Shown piece after piece: positions 6,560 through 11,963 of a stretch of DNA of 11,963 bases; position 1 is the first letter of the stretch, and each line of letters starts with the position of its first letter. The stretch lies in contig JBFWSA010000050.1 in the NCBI GenBank assembly GCA_050248615.1, positions 1 through 11,963 on the forward strand. The letters are read 5' to 3'. This stretch comes from Simkaniaceae bacterium (GTDB lineage Bacteria > Chlamydiota > Chlamydiia > Chlamydiales > Simkaniaceae). The position numbers and the translations under genes are program-made. The notes beneath the pieces are model-generated. The model was not told the origin of the DNA, ran no database searches, and saw only the letters and a list, made by a program, of their open reading frames with translations.

Positions 6560-7564
6560 ATGAGTGTAAAAGTTGAGACATTGCCACGGAGTTTTGTTTG
6601 GCGCAGACTCCATTCACTATTTGGTCTATGGATTGTGATCTTTTTGATTGAACATCTGTTAACCAATTCGCAAGCAGCGCTTCTCCTGGGGCAGAATGGG
6701 GAAGGGTTTATTCGTGCGGTGAATTTTCTCAAACATTTACCCTACCTTCCCGTTATTGAGATTGTTTTATTAGGAGTTCCGATTCTTTTACATATGGTTT
6801 GGGGGATTCATGTCCTCATGACTTCGCGTATGAACGCATTTCCTAAATCAGGCAATCATCCAACACTCAAAACCTATCCGCGCAACCATGCCTATTCTTG
6901 GCAAAGGATCACATCGTGGATTTTACTGGTTGGAATCATTGCCCATGTTGCCTTTATGCGATTTTATATGTATCCCATTGCGGTAGATCAAGGACAGAAA
7001 TCTAACTATTTTGTCAGGATCAGTATGGATGGAGGACTTTATACCGTTGCCGATCGGCTGGGTGTGAAACTCTATGATCAAAATGGGATTGATGCTCTGA
7101 AAGAGCTTGTGGAGACGCAATCTCTTTATATGACAAGTGTGGTTCATGATGCTAAGGCTATTCAAGAGACTCCTGCCCTTGGTTATAATGAAAGTGTTGC
7201 GGGGTTAATGAGTCAGTATCAAAATTGGGAAGATCAAAAAGCCTATTTAATGGGAATGGAAAAACGGACTCTTTCTCCAGGGCAAGTTATTGCGGAGGCT
7301 CCTGACTTTGGAACAGCCACCCTTTTAGTTGTTCGAGATTCTTTTAAGAACGTCTTTACAGCGATCCTTTACACTATTTTTGTCTTAGCCGCCGTTTTTC
7401 ATGGGTTTAATGGGCTTTGGACTTTTATGATTAGTTGGGGAATTGTTCTCAAGATGCGTTCACAATCCAAAGCAGTCAACTACTGTGTTGGAATCATGCT
7501 ACTTGTAGGTTTTTTAGGTTTGGCCTCGATATGGGGTACCTACTTCATTAATTTAAGGAATTAA
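6560..7564 (+). CDS. sdhC: Succinate dehydrogenase cytochrome b558 membrane anchor (single-subunit diheme, Bacillus type)
   Basis: RRLHSLFG, EHLLTN, LLHMVWG, WQRIT...IAHV and FHGFNGLWTF motifs with five conserved His; first gene before sdhA and sdhB. Start is ATG 6560 or TTG 6554. Confidence 0.93.
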   Translation: MSVKVETLPRSFVWRRLHSLFGLWIVIFLIEHLLTNSQAALLLGQNGEGFIRAVNFLKHLPYLPVIEIVLLGVPILLHMVWGIHVLMTSRMNAFPKSGNHPTLKTYPRNHAYSWQRITSWILLVGIIAHVAFMRFYMYPIAVDQGQKSNYFVRISMDGGLYTVADRLGVKLYDQNGIDALKELVETQSLYMTSVVHDAKAIQETPALGYNESVAGLMSQYQNWEDQKAYLMGMEKRTLSPGQVIAEAPDFGTATLLVVRDSFKNVFTAILYTIFVLAAVFHGFNGLWTFMISWGIVLKMRSQSKAVNYCVGIMLLVGFLGLASIWGTYFINLRN

Positions 7565-7565
7565 T

Positions 7566-9455
7566 ATGACCCGTAAAAAAGAAGTTATTATTGTAGGTGG
7601 AGGGCTAGCTGGTCTTGCGGCTGCAATGCGCTTAGCAGAAAATGGGTGTCATGTCAAAATTATTTCTGTGACCCAGGTTAAACGTTCCCATTCTGTTTGT
7701 GCTCAGGGGGGAATCAATGCTGCAGTGAATATCAAAGGGGAAGATGACTCTCCTCTCATCCATACATACGACACGATTAAAGGGGGAGATTTCCTCGGGC
7801 ACCAGCCGCCGATTTTAGAGATGTGTCTTTGTGGACCCCAAATCATTCAAATGATGGACCGTTTTGGATGTACGTTCAATCGCACTCCAGAAGGGAATAT
7901 CAATTTTCGCCGTTTCGGCGGAACTCTTTATAATCGGACCGCTTTTTGTGGGGCTTCAACGGGGCAGCAACTTCTCTACTCCTTGGATGAACAAGTACGT
8001 CGCTTTGAGGTGAAAGGGCAAGTAGAGAAATTTGAGCATCATGAGTTTATGCGACTCATTCAAGATGAGCAGGGGATTGCTCGGGGGATTATCCTCATGG
8101 ATCTCTTTACCCTCAAGCTCGATATTCTTAAAGCAGACGCTGTTATCATAGCTACTGGGGGACCAGGTCTCATCTTTAAAAGATCCACAAATTCTACATT
8201 CTGTACGGGAGCTGCAAATGGTCGGCTTTACATGCAAGGGATGCATTATGGAAATGGGGAATTTATTCAGATTCATCCCACAGCCATTCCGGGAAGTGAT
8301 AAACTCCGGTTGATGTCAGAATCGATTCGCGGAGAAGGGGGGCGTGTTTGGGTTTATGGAGACGCTTCTAAATCCATTGAAACACCTGATGGGCGGACAA
8401 TTCCCTGCGGAGAAACAGGGAAACCTTGGTATTTCTTAGAAGAATTATATCCAGCATTTGGCAATCTAGTTCCTCGAGATATTGGAGCGCGAGAAATTCT
8501 GCGCGTTATCGAGTTAGGTTTAGGAGTGGAGGGAAGAGATGAGGTTTATTTAGATGTGACCCATCTTCCAGAAGAAACCGTGCATAAACTGGAGTCAGTT
8601 CTCCATATCTATCAACGGTTTACTGGGGAAAATCCGCGCCAAGTTCCGATGCGCATTGCTCCGGCTGTCCATTACTCGATGGGGGGGGCGTGGGTAGATT
8701 GGCCTGCAGCCGATGCTGTGGATCGATTCGACCGTTACCGCCAGATGAGTAATCTTACGGGATGTTTTGTAGCTGGTGAGGCAGAATATCAATATCATGG
8801 AGCTAACCGTTTAGGAGCCAATTCCCTTCTTTCTTGCATTTTTGGAGGGCTCATTTGTGGTGTTGAAGTCCCTCGGTATCTGGAGAATCTTTCGCACTCT
8901 TATGAAGATGTTGCTGAGTCTTGCTTTACAAATGCTTTCAAACAGGAAGAAGACTTTAAGCAAGACCTTCTGAGTCGACAAGGGAATGAAAATGTCCATA
9001 AGCTACATGAAGAATTGGCCCATTATATGGTGCGCCATGTAACTGTAAAGCGGAATAACAAAGACTTAAAGACGACGCTGGATAAGATCAAAGAGATTCG
9101 GGAACGTTACCAAAAGATTTCTCTCGATGATAAGGGATCTCTTCTCAACCAAACTTATATCTTTGCTAATCAGTTTAAGTACATGCTGGAGCTTGCTCTC
9201 ATCATTACGAAAGGAGCTCTTCTGCGTGACGAGTTCCGAGGATCCCATTTCAAGCCAGAGTTTCCTGAGCGCGATGATGAAAATTGGTTAAAGTCCACGA
9301 TCGCTTCATATGATCCTCATAAAGATGAACCAGAAATTTCTTATGAAGGAGTTGACATGCCTTATCTAAAGCCGATAAAAAGAGATTATGTTAAGGCAAA
9401 GCGGGTCATACCCCATTTAGAAAATATTCCGAAAAACATCCAACTTCCGATTTAG
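7566..9455 (+). CDS. sdhA: Succinate dehydrogenase flavoprotein subunit
   Basis: GGGLAG dinucleotide-binding motif, RSHSVCAQGGINA covalent-FAD His motif, QIHPT, SESIRGEGG, HYSMGG, HGANRLGANSLL. Confidence 0.98.
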   Translation: MTRKKEVIIVGGGLAGLAAAMRLAENGCHVKIISVTQVKRSHSVCAQGGINAAVNIKGEDDSPLIHTYDTIKGGDFLGHQPPILEMCLCGPQIIQMMDRFGCTFNRTPEGNINFRRFGGTLYNRTAFCGASTGQQLLYSLDEQVRRFEVKGQVEKFEHHEFMRLIQDEQGIARGIILMDLFTLKLDILKADAVIIATGGPGLIFKRSTNSTFCTGAANGRLYMQGMHYGNGEFIQIHPTAIPGSDKLRLMSESIRGEGGRVWVYGDASKSIETPDGRTIPCGETGKPWYFLEELYPAFGNLVPRDIGAREILRVIELGLGVEGRDEVYLDVTHLPEETVHKLESVLHIYQRFTGENPRQVPMRIAPAVHYSMGGAWVDWPAADAVDRFDRYRQMSNLTGCFVAGEAEYQYHGANRLGANSLLSCIFGGLICGVEVPRYLENLSHSYEDVAESCFTNAFKQEEDFKQDLLSRQGNENVHKLHEELAHYMVRHVTVKRNNKDLKTTLDKIKEIRERYQKISLDDKGSLLNQTYIFANQFKYMLELALIITKGALLRDEFRGSHFKPEFPERDDENWLKSTIASYDPHKDEPEISYEGVDMPYLKPIKRDYVKAKRVIPHLENIPKNIQLPI

Positions 9456-9459
9456 AGGC

Positions 9460-10227
9460 ATGGCAAAAACATTTATATTAAAAATCTACAGGGGAGAACC
9501 AGACCATCAGTATTGGGAAGAGTTTGAAATAGAACTTTTTCCCTACATTAATGTCATCTCAGCTCTGATGGAAATCCAAAAAAATCCTGTCAATCGCGAT
9601 GGGGAGAAAGTGGCTCCTGTCAATTGGGAGCAGGGATGTTTGGAAGAGGTTTGTGGTTCTTGTTCTATGCTCATTAATGGACGTCCCCGTCAAGCCTGCA
9701 CGGCTATTGTGGAGCCCATTCTAAAGAAGACGGGGGGGAATACCATTACTTTGGCTCCCTTTACAAAATTTCCCCTTGTTCGCGATTTAGTTGTGAATCG
9801 GGCATCTATGTTTAAAAATTTAGGAAGAGTTCACGGGTGGGTTTCAACTGATGGGTCCTTTATCAAAGGGTTTGGGCCTAAAATCAGCCCAGCAAAACAA
9901 GAGGCCATGTATGTTCTTTCAACGTGTATGACCTGTGGTTGTTGCTCTGAAGGGTGTCCACAAGTTAACCAAAGATCTCAGTTCATGGGGCCGGCTCCTA
10001 TCTCTCAAGCGCGTCTTTTCAATCTCAATCCAACGGGAGAAATGGAAAAAGCCCAGCGCCTTCATGTTCTCATGGAACAGGGAGGGATTAGCGATTGCGG
10101 GAATGCTCAGAATTGTGTTCAGGTTTGTCCAAAAGAGATCCCTCTTACAGAGTCGATTGCTGTCATGGGGCGTGAAGTCAGCAAGCAAGCCCTTAAAGAC
10201 ATTTTTAATATCCCCGATCAGGACTAA
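9460..10227 (+). CDS. sdhB: Succinate dehydrogenase iron-sulfur subunit
   Basis: CLEEVCGSC...C (2Fe-2S), CMTCGCCSEGCP and CGNAQNCVQVCP cluster motifs; GAGG immediately upstream. Confidence 0.97.
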   Translation: MAKTFILKIYRGEPDHQYWEEFEIELFPYINVISALMEIQKNPVNRDGEKVAPVNWEQGCLEEVCGSCSMLINGRPRQACTAIVEPILKKTGGNTITLAPFTKFPLVRDLVVNRASMFKNLGRVHGWVSTDGSFIKGFGPKISPAKQEAMYVLSTCMTCGCCSEGCPQVNQRSQFMGPAPISQARLFNLNPTGEMEKAQRLHVLMEQGGISDCGNAQNCVQVCPKEIPLTESIAVMGREVSKQALKDIFNIPDQD

Positions 10228-11099
10228 TGGAGAATTGTTCCTTGAACAAGGATCTTATCAGATAAGAAACGCTTGAAAAAAGGGAGAGACCGCTTCGCCT
10301 GTTTTACCTGTTTTTTTGTGGGATAACGGCCATGCAGTTCATTAAATACTGAGAGTCTAATGCCTGTTTCAATGGGTTCTTTATAAGTGTTTGGATAGTC
10401 CTCTTTGGGCTTGAATGAAAGCCATAACATGAGATCTAAACGGTCTGGGTCGACAGCGGGAAAAGATTCATCAAACTTAAAACGGGGAAAGGTTCCAATT
10501 TTTTGCGCATGGGGAAGGTTTTGGAGATGCTGGTTAATCAAGGGGACAATGGAGCTTTTAGTAAGCTCTGAATCAGAAGCTGGAGGGGTTTCAATGATCA
10601 GGTTATCTCCCAATTCAAAGAGTTCATTCAGAAAAGACTTCCAGTTGTCAGGGGGTGCAATGTGATGGAGGACATTGAAAACTAAGATGACGTCAAAGTG
10701 CTCACTCTCTTTTAGTAGACGGAGATCCTCAGAGGATAAGCGTTTTTTAAGATAAATAAGATTAGGAACGTTGGTATTATACTCACAGATTCTCTTGAGT
10801 CTTAATGTCACATCTGCCATGACACAAGTGGCACCATATTCCATTGCTGCGCGGATAGAAAAATAGCCATTATTTGCCCCAATGTCTAAAATTTTAATTG
10901 GACGCTCATAAAGATCTAAAATGGGTTTAATCACAGCATAGCGCTCAGAGCACATCCATCCTTGATGAATGGTCTCTCCATTAATCAAAATGTCTTGATA
11001 GGCCCAATCGACATCTTTTGAAAGTTTATCGAGAAGGGGTGTAGGATCGATTGCGAAAAGAAATAGGGGGGAAAGAAATAGAGTGAGCAATTTTTTCAT
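10224..11099 (-). CDS. Class I SAM-dependent methyltransferase with predicted signal peptide, WbdD-MTase-like, 291 aa
   Basis: Motif I ILDIGANNGYFS, motif II CVMAD, and FDVILVFNVLHHI; N-terminal MKKLLTLFLSPLFLFA; AGAGGA ribosome-binding site upstream. Confidence 0.85.
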   Translation of the reverse strand: MKKLLTLFLSPLFLFAIDPTPLLDKLSKDVDWAYQDILINGETIHQGWMCSERYAVIKPILDLYERPIKILDIGANNGYFSIRAAMEYGATCVMADVTLRLKRICEYNTNVPNLIYLKKRLSSEDLRLLKESEHFDVILVFNVLHHIAPPDNWKSFLNELFELGDNLIIETPPASDSELTKSSIVPLINQHLQNLPHAQKIGTFPRFKFDESFPAVDPDRLDLMLWLSFKPKEDYPNTYKEPIETGIRLSVFNELHGRYPTKKQVKQAKRSLPFFKRFLSDKILVQGTILH

Positions 11100-11130
11100 C
11101 GAAAGGTCCTCTTAAAAAATCATTAAAATT

Positions 11131-11963
11131 TTAGTGTTTTAAGTGGTTTTTTTCAATCCACTTATTGAACACTTCTTGATCTTCTCCTTTCATAAATGCA
11201 GGCCAGTTTCTACATCCATAAATAAAGTAAGTTGCAGACATGGGGGTGACGGGCTCGTGAAGGATTTTTTCAACCAGTAAGCAGGCTTCTTCTGTGCCAC
11301 AGAAAATATCTGGAAACTGGTGCTTGATATAGTTTCTTAAGATGGGATCATCCTTGAGAAGAGCTTCATCAGTCAGGAGAGTTAAGCGATCCTGTAGAAC
11401 GTGTGATTGTAAAGAGGTCAAGCGGTGTTTTGTATAGGGATGTTCCATATAAAGGGTGATGTTATTTTGGAGGGCTTTCCATTTTTGCATGATCCGTTTC
11501 ACGCGTGAGAGTTCTCCCTTTGAAAGCTTATGGTACGCCTGAGGATAATCTAGCAAAACATTAACAAAAGGAAGCTGATAGAGAAATTGTGGACGTTTTT
11601 TTTCTGCTTTTACATGAAGATTTGTAAGGAATGTATATTCATTATCCCAGCTTACAGGAATTTTACGCTTGGTGATCGGTATATTAAAAGGAACCAAGTC
11701 AGAGTGTCCTAGAAGGACCATAAAAAGATTAAACTTCCAAAATACCAAGAGATCTATTTGCTTGGATCGACTTGAGAATCTTTTGCTGAACTGAAATAGA
11801 TGATTATGTACTTTAGCTTCAATTCTGGGTTGATAAACCATAGGCTTTCCATTAAAAAAGGTTTCACATGTGGGGGCTATGTAATCCATGCAATCGAAAA
11901 GAACGCTGAGGTCAGAGCAGATTACCTCATGGAGAGGAAGAGGACGCTCTTTAATATATCCGT
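11131..11963 (-). CDS. Hypothetical protein, 5'-truncated by the window edge; putative atypical kinase (PI3/PI4-kinase- or HipA-like fold)
   Basis: The frame stays open upstream of ATG 11889 to the window end (GYIKERPLPLHEVICSDLSVLFDC-MDYIAPT...). Ordered motifs YIK, HEV, IAPT, LLGHSDLVPFNI and SWDNEYTF. The CDS itself is well supported; the kinase call is from manual motif recognition only. Confidence 0.6.
   Translation of the reverse strand, partial: GYIKERPLPLHEVICSDLSVLFDCMDYIAPTCETFFNGKPMVYQPRIEAKVHNHLFQFSKRFSSRSKQIDLLVFWKFNLFMVLLGHSDLVPFNIPITKRKIPVSWDNEYTFLTNLHVKAEKKRPQFLYQLPFVNVLLDYPQAYHKLSKGELSRVKRIMQKWKALQNNITLYMEHPYTKHRLTSLQSHVLQDRLTLLTDEALLKDDPILRNYIKHQFPDIFCGTEEACLLVEKILHEPVTPMSATYFIYGCRNWPAFMKGEDQEVFNKWIEKNHLKH

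Noticed and set aside
4529..6732. ORFs 4529-4768, 5897-6088, 5905-6258 and 6520-6732
   Set aside because: Alternative-frame or antisense overlaps of tatD, the signal-peptide genes or sdhC; no independent support.
8357..8750. Small insertions in SdhA (GDASKSIETPDGRTIPCGETG; WPAADAVDRFDRYR) relative to Bacillus-type enzymes
   Set aside because: Probably lineage-specific surface-loop indels; catalytic motifs are intact and there are no intein features.
2085..9738. Homopolymer runs (A9 at 2085-2093, A8 at 2717-2724, T8 at 3781-3788, G8 at 8681-8688, G7 at 9732-9738) as phase-variation sites
   Set aside because: Short, in intact core genes, and explained by Phe, Lys or Gly codons; no frameshift is visible.
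6923..10665. ORFs 6923-7165, 7956-8276, 8595-8798, 8811-8999, 9066-9248, 9919-10188, 9935-10276 and 10405-10665
   Set aside because: Nested in sdhCAB or the methyltransferase on the opposite strand or another frame; expected by chance.

Overview
Gene-dense bacterial window, most likely from an environmental member of the Chlamydiota. This is an inference from the gene order sdhCAB-tatD-exbB/exbD-tolA-like-tolB-pal and the chlamydia-style long Pal and SdhC. From left to right: (i) a minus-strand Tol-Pal operon (tolQ/exbB, tolR/exbD, short proline-rich TolA/TonB-like protein, tolB, pal, and a lipoprotein cut by the left edge); (ii) a divergent tatD; (iii) an AT-rich minus-strand cassette of three hypothetical genes between tatD and sdhC, the first being a signal-peptide protein with an exact RanBP2-type zinc-finger motif; (iv) a Bacillus-type succinate dehydrogenase operon sdhCAB whose SdhC carries a ~110-aa extra loop; (v) a convergent minus-strand pair: a signal-peptide-bearing class I methyltransferase resembling the WbdD MTase domain, preceded by an ORF that runs off the right edge and shows atypical (PI3/PI4-kinase- or HipA-like) kinase motifs. 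The kinase plus methyltransferase pair and the exported zinc-finger cassette are the best candidates for undescribed systems. No RNA genes, CRISPR arrays or transposases were seen.
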